A stretch of 64,000 nucleotides of DNA from an uncultured Planctomycetaceae bacterium (GCA_964607575.1 CAZSLS010000006.1:16581-80580), one strand, 5' to 3'; counted from the first letter of the stretch, positions 44,775 through 53,760 are shown. The notes: generated by a model not told the origin, from the sequence alone. Made by a program: numbers and translations.

Positions 44775-45584
44775 ATGTGTGCAATCCAATACGGCTGCCA
44801 AACCTATACGTGGCAGATGTCATACGAGAAGTACTCACAGCGCCTCGATCACATCATAGACGTGGTCGCCGAGTCGGGCTTTGCAGGAATCGAATCTGAA
44901 GTCTGCATGCTTGGTCCTTACAACGAAGACCCGGTAAGGCTGGCGGGGGACATGCAGGCGAAGGGACTCGCACTTGCGGCGATCTGCCTGGTTTGCGATT
45001 GGCTCTCGCCGCAGGAGACGCCTGAGGAACTCACCGAAGCCGACAGGGTTATCGCGATGCTTCAGACGCACTTTCCCGGCACGCTTCTCGCGCTCTGCCA
45101 GATGCCGCAGGCCGACCGGAGCGATTTACAGGCGCGTCAAGACAACTGTATCGCATGCAGCAACGCGATCGGCCGGCGCGCCGCCGACAGTGGTGTCCGG
45201 ACTGCTTTTCATCCTAATTCGCCCGAGGGCTCGGTATTCCGAATCGCCGAGGACTACAAGATTCTCATGGACTCTCTGGATACGTCCGTGGTCGGGTTTG
45301 CTCCCGACGCGGGCCACATCGCCAAAGGTGATATGGATCCCGTCGCGATCTTCCAGGAGTACGGACCGACAATCCAGCACGTCCACTTCAAGGATATGCG
45401 CCAAGATGGAACTTGGGCCGAGATGGGCCAGGGTTGCATAGATTTTGACGCAATTGTCAACGGGCTCAAGGCCCATGACTACCAAGGCTGGATCATGGTC
45501 GAGGATGAATCGCCCCGGGCCGAGATCGATCCCGACGCGGTGACCCGTGCGAACGGAGAGTATCTCAAAGTGCGGTTCAAGTAG
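44775..45584 (+). CDS. sugar phosphate isomerase/epimerase (xylose isomerase-like TIM barrel)
   Basis: AAGGAGAG before ATG 44775. GFAGIE, HVHFKDM, GWIMVEDES are typical of the AP-endonuclease-2/xylose-isomerase-like TIM barrel family. Confidence 0.7.
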   Translation: MCAIQYGCQTYTWQMSYEKYSQRLDHIIDVVAESGFAGIESEVCMLGPYNEDPVRLAGDMQAKGLALAAICLVCDWLSPQETPEELTEADRVIAMLQTHFPGTLLALCQMPQADRSDLQARQDNCIACSNAIGRRAADSGVRTAFHPNSPEGSVFRIAEDYKILMDSLDTSVVGFAPDAGHIAKGDMDPVAIFQEYGPTIQHVHFKDMRQDGTWAEMGQGCIDFDAIVNGLKAHDYQGWIMVEDESPRAEIDPDAVTRANGEYLKVRFK

Positions 45585-45676
45585 GCAAGCGGCTGAAGGC
45601 GGCGTGTGACATCACGGGAGAGTATTAAAGACAACCGGGCTCTGCCGAGACCTCCGTGAGATGAGGGTGGCTGGCG

Positions 45677-46579
45677 TCAATTTGGCGCCTCCGGCGGCTC
45701 CGGGAGCCTATCAGCATCGCCTTTACGCTGCTCCCACTGCTCGCGCGACGCCCCATGGGCGATCAGCATCTCAGCGACCGGTTTATTGCCCACTTGCAAC
45801 AACTCGATCGGCGTCATTCCGGCGCCGCTCTTGGCGTTCACATCCGCTTTGTGTGCGAGCAGCACTTCAATCAGCGCCTTGTTGGGAGGACTTTTTCTGC
45901 ACGCATGATGTAAGGGGGTGAATCGACTCCATCCACCATGTGCGTTGACGTTGGCGCCTTTTTCGAGAAGCTTCCCGGCAATGAGGTGATCATTTTCCTG
46001 GCCGTGGGGAGCGTTTGTCTCGCAGAACCAGAGTAGCGGTGTCGACGAATATTCTCCCTTCGTTTTCGCGTCGACCGCAGCGCCGCGTGCCAAGAGCAGT
46101 TCGACTGTTTCTAGCTGACGATTCTTGGCTGCCCAATGTAGCGATGTCATCTCAGGATTTCTCGTTTTCGCGTCGATCGCCGCGTCGTTGTCCAGCAGCC
46201 AGGCGATCGCCTTGACACGATTGTTCGCTGCGGCGTAATGAATCGGTTGCCAAGAGGTGCTATCTTGGATTTTGGCGTTGAGGTCGGCTCCGCGTTCTTT
46301 CAGCAATTTCAGAACATCGACATGGCCCTCTTCTGCGGCGATGTGCACGAGCTGTTTGCCCGTATTGGTTGAGAACGGAATGCGTCCGCGCGGCGGCTGG
46401 CGATAGACTTCCGTGAGAAGTGTGGGGTCTTCATCGAGATACTTGCGAACTTGGTCAGCGTCACCCTTTGCAGCCGCATCGAAGATTGGGTGGTCTCGCC
46501 CGTCGCCCCAGCCCTTGCAACCTCCGCTGCCAAATACCCCGATCAGCACCAGGATCCACCACAAACGATGCGTCTTCAT
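45677..46579 (-). CDS. ankyrin-repeat lipoprotein
   Basis: Lipobox VFGSGGC. At least five ankyrin-like repeats (LVHIAAEEGHVDVLKLLKERGADLNAK, PIHYAAANNRVKAIAWLL, SLHWAAKNRQLETVELLLARGAAVDAK, and others). Confidence 0.75.
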   Translation of the reverse strand: MKTHRLWWILVLIGVFGSGGCKGWGDGRDHPIFDAAAKGDADQVRKYLDEDPTLLTEVYRQPPRGRIPFSTNTGKQLVHIAAEEGHVDVLKLLKERGADLNAKIQDSTSWQPIHYAAANNRVKAIAWLLDNDAAIDAKTRNPEMTSLHWAAKNRQLETVELLLARGAAVDAKTKGEYSSTPLLWFCETNAPHGQENDHLIAGKLLEKGANVNAHGGWSRFTPLHHACRKSPPNKALIEVLLAHKADVNAKSGAGMTPIELLQVGNKPVAEMLIAHGASREQWEQRKGDADRLPEPPEAPN

Positions 46580-46642
46580 ATAGGACACCATGGCGACGTT
46601 TCTCCCTGCACCCGGTATTCTCCACATGAAACTGCGCCACGT

Positions 46643-48100
46643 CTACTTCCAGGCTTTCAGTTTGGCGTGCTGTTTGGCGAGGTCCGCGTTCTTGTGGAGC
46701 AGTAGGCGGTATCGCAGGACCAGTGGTTTGTCGCGGGGGACCGTTACGGCGTGGCGGCCGGGGTAGACTACGTTCTGGGCGCTGCCCTTTTTTCGCAGGA
46801 TCCACGGCTGGGGATATCCGGGGTTTGCGGGATGAACCAGGACTGCGATGGCAGACTTTTGCTGTCCGAACTTGCCGGCGAAGTTGAGCCACTCACCGGC
46901 GGCTACAGGGGTTCGTTTTGGCGTGACGGGGCCTTTGGGTCCGGTCATTGTCAGGTCCTTGGGCATGACAATGCGGGTCGAGAACCCGCCGTATCCCTTA
47001 TCGTTCTCGGCGCCGCCGATTTTTACTTCCGCGTCAACCAGCGACTGCAACGCGATAGTGAAATCGATCGCTCGCGATTGAGCTTTGATACCGTGTGCGC
47101 GAATGGTCACGGTCTCTGCCAGGAATGCTTCCTTACCCTTTTTGTACTTTAGCGATTTCCAGTGGACGGTTGCCTTGACGGCGGCTCCGTCGAGGATTTC
47201 GCTCTTCACCGCTTCCCAGACGATGCCCGTGCATGCCCACGGATCGCCGACGGACTTACCGCCCACAGTCGCCTGGTGCCACGCCCAGAATATGCCCCGA
47301 TGGTGCGGGTGGTCGTCAGGAAAATCTTCGGTCAGCACTTCCGCGTCGAGTCCGATCAGCGGATGCACATAGTTCGCTCGGGCGTGTTTGCCTTTGTAGG
47401 AGTTCGTTCCGGTGTGATAGAACAGCACGGGCCGATCGCCGGAATAGAACTGGTATCCGTCAACGGCCTTGATTGCGTGCATCCGCTGTTTGGGCATCGC
47501 CGTCCAGACTTCGATCCAATCCACCCGCGAGCAGGCTTTCGATCCGCCGCCGGGCTTGAGATCGGTAAAGCCGATTTCGCTGACCTGCTTGAGGTTCGGC
47601 TTGGCGATGCGGCCGCCGCGAGTGATGGTTTTTATGTCGAATTTCGACCAGGACATGTCGCTGATTCGCAGGATGATACGCTGCCAGTCCCTCGACGATC
47701 CCGTGCTCTGGTTGCTGACAAGCCATCCGCCGGGCGTCTTGAGAATCACGTAAACGGTGCGCATGTAGTTCTTGGTTCGCATGCGGATTTGCGCGGCCGG
47801 CCCGCTCAGGTCGGCGGTCTGGTTCTTTTTCGCAAACGCGACCGCCCAGAGACCCTTGCACTGCCCCGACCAGATGTAGTGCGGGTCGTTTTTGGATGTC
47901 TCGTGATAGCTCTTCTTGATCGCGCCCTTGCCCGGTCCGTACAGGCCTAGCGTGAGATCGGGATTGGAAACGTGCGCCTGCGTGATCGGCAGCGCCGCTG
48001 GGATATCTCGCGTGTCCTCGCGGAAGAACAGCGCATCGCCGGCGTTTACCGAAGCTGACAGGGCGAGAATCGCCAGGCAACCTAAAGCGATCAATTTCAT
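46643..48100 (-). CDS. secreted PmoA-like (DUF6807) family protein with an extra N-terminal domain
   Basis: Signal peptide MKLIALGCLAILALSASVNA. The C-terminal half has DDHPHHRGIFWAWHQ, characteristic of the so-called PmoA/DUF6807 family. ATG overlaps the stop of paralog 4 (ATGA on the minus strand, 48097-48100). Confidence 0.6.
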   Translation of the reverse strand: MKLIALGCLAILALSASVNAGDALFFREDTRDIPAALPITQAHVSNPDLTLGLYGPGKGAIKKSYHETSKNDPHYIWSGQCKGLWAVAFAKKNQTADLSGPAAQIRMRTKNYMRTVYVILKTPGGWLVSNQSTGSSRDWQRIILRISDMSWSKFDIKTITRGGRIAKPNLKQVSEIGFTDLKPGGGSKACSRVDWIEVWTAMPKQRMHAIKAVDGYQFYSGDRPVLFYHTGTNSYKGKHARANYVHPLIGLDAEVLTEDFPDDHPHHRGIFWAWHQATVGGKSVGDPWACTGIVWEAVKSEILDGAAVKATVHWKSLKYKKGKEAFLAETVTIRAHGIKAQSRAIDFTIALQSLVDAEVKIGGAENDKGYGGFSTRIVMPKDLTMTGPKGPVTPKRTPVAAGEWLNFAGKFGQQKSAIAVLVHPANPGYPQPWILRKKGSAQNVVYPGRHAVTVPRDKPLVLRYRLLLHKNADLAKQHAKLKAWK

Positions 48101-51100
48101 TTCGATGCTCCCTTCGGCGCTACTGGTGGTCCTAGTGGCGGTAGTTCGCGGCAGACGCCTTGTTCGATTATCGCTCCGGGCATGTCAACTCGCGGGCTCT
48201 TAAGTGCCGCGGCGCGGGCGTCGGTGATTATCTTCAGCATCGCCTGGTACGTCGCGTTGGTCGTGTCGGCGAATGCTGTGACGACCTTGCCTTCGCCCTT
48301 TGGTGCAGGCGTTTTTCGCGGGCGGAAAACGTCCGGCGGTTGGGACCCCCTTACAAACTGGGTGGATACCGCCGGCGCTTTGCGATCGCGACACCACGCC
48401 AGGCCCAGCGATTTGTCGCCCTTTGCCAGCGGGGCCCGGAGGATGCGGCTTCGTCCGGGCGTCTTGAGGTTCACCCAATCGTTTCCGATCGCCGACGAGT
48501 GACACTTGAGGCATCCGCCTTTCTTCATCTGCGCCAGCAGGGCGCCCTTGGTCGATCCCAGCGCGTTGCAGACGGCGTGCTTGGAGTAGTTCCACGTTCC
48601 GTAGTAATTGCAGTTCCCGTCCATCCATGCCAGCAGGAGATCGATTTCCTTTTGCGGCATGTTCTTGACGTATTTCTTATGGCCGCCGAGGAGCAGCTTG
48701 GTAAGCGGGGCGGCGCCCGAACCGTGGGTCAGCGGGTCGAGTATTTTCGTGCCGGCGACCGCTCCGTTGTTGCAGTTGAGGAATCCCACAAGCGTGTTCT
48801 TGATCAGCGTTTCGTAGCTGATATTGAATGCCCATGTCCATCCGCCGCTCAGGTCGATCCCGCCGGCGATGCCTTTGGCGCCTCCGTGACAGCTCACGCA
48901 TCGCTTGTCGAGTACCGGTTGGACCATCGTCGGGTAATCGAGAAAACCATTGCCCCACGATTCAGCTTTGATTTTGGCGGGGGCTTTGCGGGCGGCCATC
49001 GGGCGCATGGTGGCCACCGCCGGCGCCGCGTTGTCTTCCTTGATGTGGCAACCGGTGCAGGATCGTGCGACGCCCTGGACGGCCTGGACGAACGTCCGCT
49101 GCGACTGGAGCATCTGCCCCTCGGCGTCGAGTGCCTGGAAGTAGATCGCCTTTCCGGGCGGGGCCTCGAAGTAAGCCGACCCGTCCTTCTCGACCGGAAT
49201 CGTTCCGAGGAAGTACTTGATATCGTACGACCCCTGCCAACTGGCCAGGAACGCCTGGTTCCACCATCGCCCGCCGCGCGGGATTCCACTGAGCCGGGCG
49301 GTGGTTTCGAGAATGCGAAGCTTCTTGACCCGCCCGCGCTCGATACCGGTCAGGCCCTTGTAAATATCGTGGACCACGAAGGTCGCGGGCTTGCCCGGTT
49401 GGATGATCGAGATGACGTCCCGCGGTTTGGGGCGGGGTTTTACGAGCATTGGCGAGTAGCACGAGATGTCCGGGTCGCGGTGGATGACGGAGCGGAAACC
49501 GAATCGGTCGATCAGTTCGATAACGCCGTGGGCACCGTGTGACGGGGCGTTATTCGCGATAAGGACAACGTCTTTCGACAGCGGCCAGGGGTCGCACGGT
49601 CCGCGCCTGAGGCCCTGGTCCATTTCCTTGCGGTATTCGGGCGTGAAGTTCGTTATCGCATCGAGATTGTTCTTGCCCACTTTTGAATCGATCATTGCGA
49701 TAGCGCCCACGGCCTGTCCGTTGTGGGGCGTCAGCGACGCGACGACCAGATCGGTTCCGGGCACGGCGCGCGTATCGAGCAGCGCGGTCGGTTTGGCGAG
49801 GTTGTTTGCGAAGTACGCGGTCTCGTTGCTCCCGTCGGGGTTCACGGTCCAGAGGCTCTGCATGTAGAGTGCGGACTTGTCGATGTATTCCCATCGCCCG
49901 TAGATGATCCGCCCGTCGGGCAGGACCGAGGGGTCGAACTCGGTCTGGTTATTGACCGAGATGCACCTGATGTCGCTACCGTCGCCGTTCATTGTGTGCA
50001 GGACGTCGATGTAGTTGCTGAAGCACATCACGTGCGCGCCGGTGCGCGTCGAGGTAAAGGCGATCCGCCCGCTGGGCAGATAACACGGAGTGACGTCGTG
50101 CTGCCCCTTACCGTAGAGCCCCTGGGAGGGCTTTATGTCTCTGCAGTCGTACCCTGGATTGGTCAGGCGTTTCAGGCCCTTACCGTTGACGCCGATTTCA
50201 TAAATGCTCGTATTACCGTCTTCGCCCTTGAACGCGAAGACCAGCGTCTTTGCGTCGAACGACAGGTCCGGGTCGCGATATACTCCCTTACCGAGCGTTT
50301 CGGGGGTCTTTGGATCGATGATCGCGCGGACGATATGCTTGTCGAGCGGAGCGGTCGGGTTCTCGAGTACGTAGATACCGCCGCCGGGACGGTAGGGCAG
50401 GTAGTCATCGTAGATATGCGGCGCGTAGTACGGGTGCTGCTTGACGAAGAGCAGCGGGGCGTCGAGTTCCGCGACGCGAACGCCTCGCACGATCGCCCAT
50501 AACGCCTCGGTGCGTTTCAGGGCTTCGGGCGACTGTTCGTCGAGACCCTTGCTGATCTCGTCGAACGATTTTATGCACGATTGTATTTCGAGAAGCGCCT
50601 TCCTGGCCGCAGCGGTGTTTCCGGAACCGGCGGCGATCAACTTGGAGATTGCCTCCTCTAATGATGCGAGATTCTCCTTGCTGAACCTCTTCTTTGGTGG
50701 TACCGGGGCACTTGGGGTGACGCTTCTTCCGATGACCTTGGAAGTTTTGCTCTTTTTGAACGACTTGGCGTCGAACACCTTGAAGACAACGCTGCCCTGC
50801 CTTGTCGCTGTGTGGTTTATGCCCACCTGCGCTTCAAAGCGAACGTACTTGCGGGCGAGTTTGTAGACCACCGCGCTGTTGGCGTGTGCGAACAGCCCGT
50901 GCGGGATCTTCACGCCTCCGATGGACAGGGGTCTGTTGTCGGGACCCTTGTTGCGGGAGAACGTTCCCCATCCAACGCGGACGGAAACGGGCTTCAGATC
51001 GACAAGGCGTGTCTTGGTGCCCTTGGCGTCGATGAGTGTCGCGTTTCCCCAGACGGCCTGGCCCCAGGAGTATCCCACGGCGGTCAGGGTGAGGGTGTCG

Positions 51101-51273
51101 AATCCGGCGACGTTGGCCGAAAGCTGCTGCGGTTTCTCGCCGCCGCGTTTGATTTGGCTGGTCGCCACGGCGCCGTCCGTCTTGGCGGCGGGCTTGGGAG
51201 CCGACATGGCGGTGCTGGTTGCTACGATCAGGATTATGCAGAAGGGCAATAGAATTCGGTACTTGCGGCTCAT
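48097..51273 (-). CDS. secreted NPCBM-like module + PD40 beta-propeller + three CXXCH motifs (propeller/CXXCH paralog 4 of 4)
   Basis: AAGGAGA before the ATG, with a signal peptide. N-terminal FDTLTLTAVGYSWGQAVWGNATLID...GLFAHANSAVVYKL...FEAQVGIN (NPCBM-like). PDLSFDAKTLVF, YLPSGRIAFTSTR, DPSVLPDGRIIYGRWEYIDK, IPVEKDGSAYF...SCTGCH, VQPVLDKRCVSCH, GCLKCH. Confidence 0.75.
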   Translation of the reverse strand: MSRKYRILLPFCIILIVATSTAMSAPKPAAKTDGAVATSQIKRGGEKPQQLSANVAGFDTLTLTAVGYSWGQAVWGNATLIDAKGTKTRLVDLKPVSVRVGWGTFSRNKGPDNRPLSIGGVKIPHGLFAHANSAVVYKLARKYVRFEAQVGINHTATRQGSVVFKVFDAKSFKKSKTSKVIGRSVTPSAPVPPKKRFSKENLASLEEAISKLIAAGSGNTAAARKALLEIQSCIKSFDEISKGLDEQSPEALKRTEALWAIVRGVRVAELDAPLLFVKQHPYYAPHIYDDYLPYRPGGGIYVLENPTAPLDKHIVRAIIDPKTPETLGKGVYRDPDLSFDAKTLVFAFKGEDGNTSIYEIGVNGKGLKRLTNPGYDCRDIKPSQGLYGKGQHDVTPCYLPSGRIAFTSTRTGAHVMCFSNYIDVLHTMNGDGSDIRCISVNNQTEFDPSVLPDGRIIYGRWEYIDKSALYMQSLWTVNPDGSNETAYFANNLAKPTALLDTRAVPGTDLVVASLTPHNGQAVGAIAMIDSKVGKNNLDAITNFTPEYRKEMDQGLRRGPCDPWPLSKDVVLIANNAPSHGAHGVIELIDRFGFRSVIHRDPDISCYSPMLVKPRPKPRDVISIIQPGKPATFVVHDIYKGLTGIERGRVKKLRILETTARLSGIPRGGRWWNQAFLASWQGSYDIKYFLGTIPVEKDGSAYFEAPPGKAIYFQALDAEGQMLQSQRTFVQAVQGVARSCTGCHIKEDNAAPAVATMRPMAARKAPAKIKAESWGNGFLDYPTMVQPVLDKRCVSCHGGAKGIAGGIDLSGGWTWAFNISYETLIKNTLVGFLNCNNGAVAGTKILDPLTHGSGAAPLTKLLLGGHKKYVKNMPQKEIDLLLAWMDGNCNYYGTWNYSKHAVCNALGSTKGALLAQMKKGGCLKCHSSAIGNDWVNLKTPGRSRILRAPLAKGDKSLGLAWCRDRKAPAVSTQFVRGSQPPDVFRPRKTPAPKGEGKVVTAFADTTNATYQAMLKIITDARAAALKSPRVDMPGAIIEQGVCRELPPLGPPVAPKGASK

Positions 51274-51431
51274 GTTATCTCCTTGCAGCAGGCTGTCAGT
51301 CGATTGTGGCGACCGTTCGGGCGACGCCGTGCATTATAATGATACCGTCTTGTGCGGACCCCGTGTCAAGTACTAACCTGCCGGCCGATCCGATTGCCGG
51401 CGGCGCGAATTAAATATGTGTGTTGGCGATC

Positions 51432-51460
51432 TTGACATATTGGGCAATAATCGCAATAAT
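51432..51460 (+). promoter_or_regulatory. candidate sigma70-like promoter (TTGACA-17 nt-AATAAT)
   Basis: TTGACA at 51432-51437, a 17-nt spacer, AATAAT at 51455-51460, in an AT-rich patch about 65 nt upstream of ATG 51525. Confidence 0.35.
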
Positions 51461-51524
51461 AAATCGTTAAGCCGGTGAACCCGCCGGCGGGAGGCGCCGG
51501 TAGCCCCAGACGGTAGTGATTGCG

Positions 51525-51977
51525 ATGAGAAGAATCACGAAAGCCACAAGTTGCGTGTTGTTTGTATCGCTGGTCCTGGTCGGACTGGGCGAGACCGAGT
51601 CGCTGGTGCTCTGCATCGGCTTCGACGGGCACATTTCGCTTGAAGATACCAGGACGGGCATCTGCAATCACACGTTGGCGAAAGTTGCCGAGGAACTCGG
51701 TCTGCCGACGAGCGACGAATTGGTCCATAAAAATGCCAAGTGCTGCCCCTGTGCAGACATGAACCTGCCAGGCCAGTCTCTGGACTACCCCGAAGTCATG
51801 CCCGTCGAGATCCTCTGCGTGCCCGAACCCGCTGAGTTTTCTCTGCCTGTGTTTGAGTTGACACGAGCGGAATTTGTATACGTCCCGAGCAGCGAGATTA
51901 TCCCGCACCCCCCTCCGCCTGACCCTGGAGACAATGCGGCCCGAATCGCTCTAAGGAGCGTGGTTATCCTGGTTTGA
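51525..51977 (+). CDS. small exported Cys/His-containing hypothetical protein
   Basis: N-terminal hydrophobic segment SCVLFVSLVLVGLG, then LVLCIGFDGHISLE...ICNH...KCCPCAD and a Pro-rich tail. GTG at 51516 is an alternative start. Confidence 0.4.
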   Translation: MRRITKATSCVLFVSLVLVGLGETESLVLCIGFDGHISLEDTRTGICNHTLAKVAEELGLPTSDELVHKNAKCCPCADMNLPGQSLDYPEVMPVEILCVPEPAEFSLPVFELTRAEFVYVPSSEIIPHPPPPDPGDNAARIALRSVVILV

Positions 51978-52113
51978 TATGCAGGGTACTTTCCGGGCCT
52001 CCCGAGAGGCTTCCGGTGTCGCTTGGTTTCGACCGATCGCCGACGTGCGGTGAACCTGGTTGAAAAACGCATTATTTCCAACTAATTAATTACATTTATC
52101 ACGAGGAAGAAGC

Positions 52114-53244
52114 ATGGATCAGCTTGCCTCCTACACAACAGAGTCAACCCAAGGTCGTGAATCCCTCATGGATATTCATACGCTTGTCCGGCCCGGGTTA
52201 ACCGAGTTGTTCGTTACCGCCAGTTCGCAGAATGGAAACCCATACGGGATTTTCGCCGATGCGCTCAAGATCATTGAGGAAAGTGATGCAACGGTTGTCT
52301 CGCAGCACGTTTTCGCCCCTATAGGTTCTGACAACAAGGGTATCTCTGCGCTGGACGATGCCGCGGGGCGGTGCGCCTGGCCCGTTACGTGGATAGACAG
52401 CGGTCACAAGAAGGGTTCGCACCTTACCGGAACGCAGTTCTACGCCATTATCGGCGGCGATGTCGAGTTGATCGAGGACGGCGGGCGAGTTGTAGCCAGC
52501 ACCTTTGAAGATTCCGACGCCAGATATTGCTACCTCGGTGACATGCGAGCGGAAGATACGTCCGAGACGCGACCCGATCAGGCAAAGAGAACTTTCGATC
52601 TGATGGAAGCATCGCTCGATAAGGCGGGTATGGATTTCTCGAATGTGATACGAACGTGGATATACCTCGAAGATCTGCTGGACTGGTACGATCCTTTCAA
52701 CGTGGTGCGAACTGATTTCTTTGAAGAACGCGGCGTTTTCGACCGCCTCGTCCCCGCCAGCACCGGTATCAGCGGCGCCAATCCGTACGGGGCGGCTATG
52801 ATGGCCAGCGCCTTGGCTGTGGCGCCCAAGAGTGGACAGTTCACGGTAACCGCCGTCAACTCACCCCTGCAGTGCCCGGCGCCCGCATACGGTAGTTCGT
52901 TCAGCCGCGGAGTCGAGTTCGGTACGCCTGCCTGCCGGCGCCTCTCGGTGTCGGGAACCGCGAGCATTGCGCCCGAGGGCCAAACCGCCCACCTGGACGA
53001 TATTTCCGCGCAGATCAAGCTTACCTTCGAGGTTGTAGAAGCCATTCTGGACTCTCGACATATGGATTGGGGCAATGTCGCCAAGGCGATGGCCTATCTT
53101 AAAGAGGCACGCTACATCACCGCATTCGATGACTATTGTGCAGCCAACGACGTTGAAAAAATCCCGTTTGTGATCACCGAAAACCATGTCTGCCGCCACG
53201 ACCTGCTGTTCGAAATGGAACTCGATGCTGTGGACGTTGGTTAG
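52114..53244 (+). CDS. RidA-fold protein, FkbO/Hyg5-type chorismatase-like (tentative)
   Basis: About 376 aa. The C-terminal RidA/YjgF-like region has RTWIYLEDLL, SFSRG, VSGTASI. The SGTASI block and overall length match my recollection of chorismatases. Confidence 0.45.
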   Translation: MDQLASYTTESTQGRESLMDIHTLVRPGLTELFVTASSQNGNPYGIFADALKIIEESDATVVSQHVFAPIGSDNKGISALDDAAGRCAWPVTWIDSGHKKGSHLTGTQFYAIIGGDVELIEDGGRVVASTFEDSDARYCYLGDMRAEDTSETRPDQAKRTFDLMEASLDKAGMDFSNVIRTWIYLEDLLDWYDPFNVVRTDFFEERGVFDRLVPASTGISGANPYGAAMMASALAVAPKSGQFTVTAVNSPLQCPAPAYGSSFSRGVEFGTPACRRLSVSGTASIAPEGQTAHLDDISAQIKLTFEVVEAILDSRHMDWGNVAKAMAYLKEARYITAFDDYCAANDVEKIPFVITENHVCRHDLLFEMELDAVDVG

Positions 53245-53350
53245 AACCTGCCGTCGAACTGCATCATGGGGGGCTTGCCTGACCGAGGTCGACGCGTAGA
53301 TCGTGGCAGCCGTAACGAATAGGTTTTTGTCGCACCTTGGCGTGGGGTGA

Positions 53351-53611
53351 CTTTTCTCTGAAAAATGTGGCGTACGGGACACCAGAACTCTGGTCGCCCA
53401 GAGCGGCTCACGCGGAGGTTATCAGTTGACGCTCAAGCAGAACGGAAAGACCAGGACGGTCTATGTCCCTAAGAATCTCAAGGAAGAGGTAGAAGCATCA
53501 ATACGCGAGCATCGAAGAATCAGGACGTTGCTCCAGGAGATCACTCAACTGCAACTGGCGTTGATTCGATCCCATGTAGCCGACAATCGCCGGCGTGGCA
53601 AGAGACCGTAG
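53351..53611 (+). pseudogene. N-terminally truncated DUF6788-like gene fragment (mobile-element associated family)
   Basis: EKCGV...GGYQLTLKQNGKTRTVYVPKNLKEEVEASIREHRRIRTLLQEI resembles the C-terminal two-thirds of DUF6788 proteins (CGK..C.C...GPY...GKT..vYv). No ATG is present; the frame opens directly after a stop codon. Confidence 0.4.
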
Positions 53612-53760
53612 GCCTGGGTGAAACGCTGGGCAAGACCATTGGGCACGTTTTTCCTGAATTTCGAAACTGGCTGGACGATATCCGCGACACGAGGTTCCAG
53701 CCATGGTCACCTACGACAAGCGGTTCATGACGTGGATGAGCCTGATGTTGTTCCTTCTGA

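Noticed and set aside
46643-48100. PmoA-like protein as evidence for methane or ammonia monooxygenase
   Set aside because: The protein is secreted and soluble-looking, with a single signal peptide and no pmoB/pmoC partners. The family name is historical. The context is glycan metabolism.
587-51273. Interpreting the propeller/CXXCH paralogs as genuine anammox hydrazine synthase
   Set aside because: Only an architectural resemblance to the alpha-subunit is seen. No hzsB/hzsC, hydrazine dehydrogenase or anammox-type genes appear in the window. Every copy is embedded in glycan/sulfatase context and carries carbohydrate-binding-type modules.
51332-51341. Palindromic cattataatg as the -10 element of the paralog-4 promoter
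   Set aside because: TATAAT reads on both strands, but the only good -35 (TTGACA on the minus strand) is about 25 nt away, outside normal spacing. There is too little support to annotate it.
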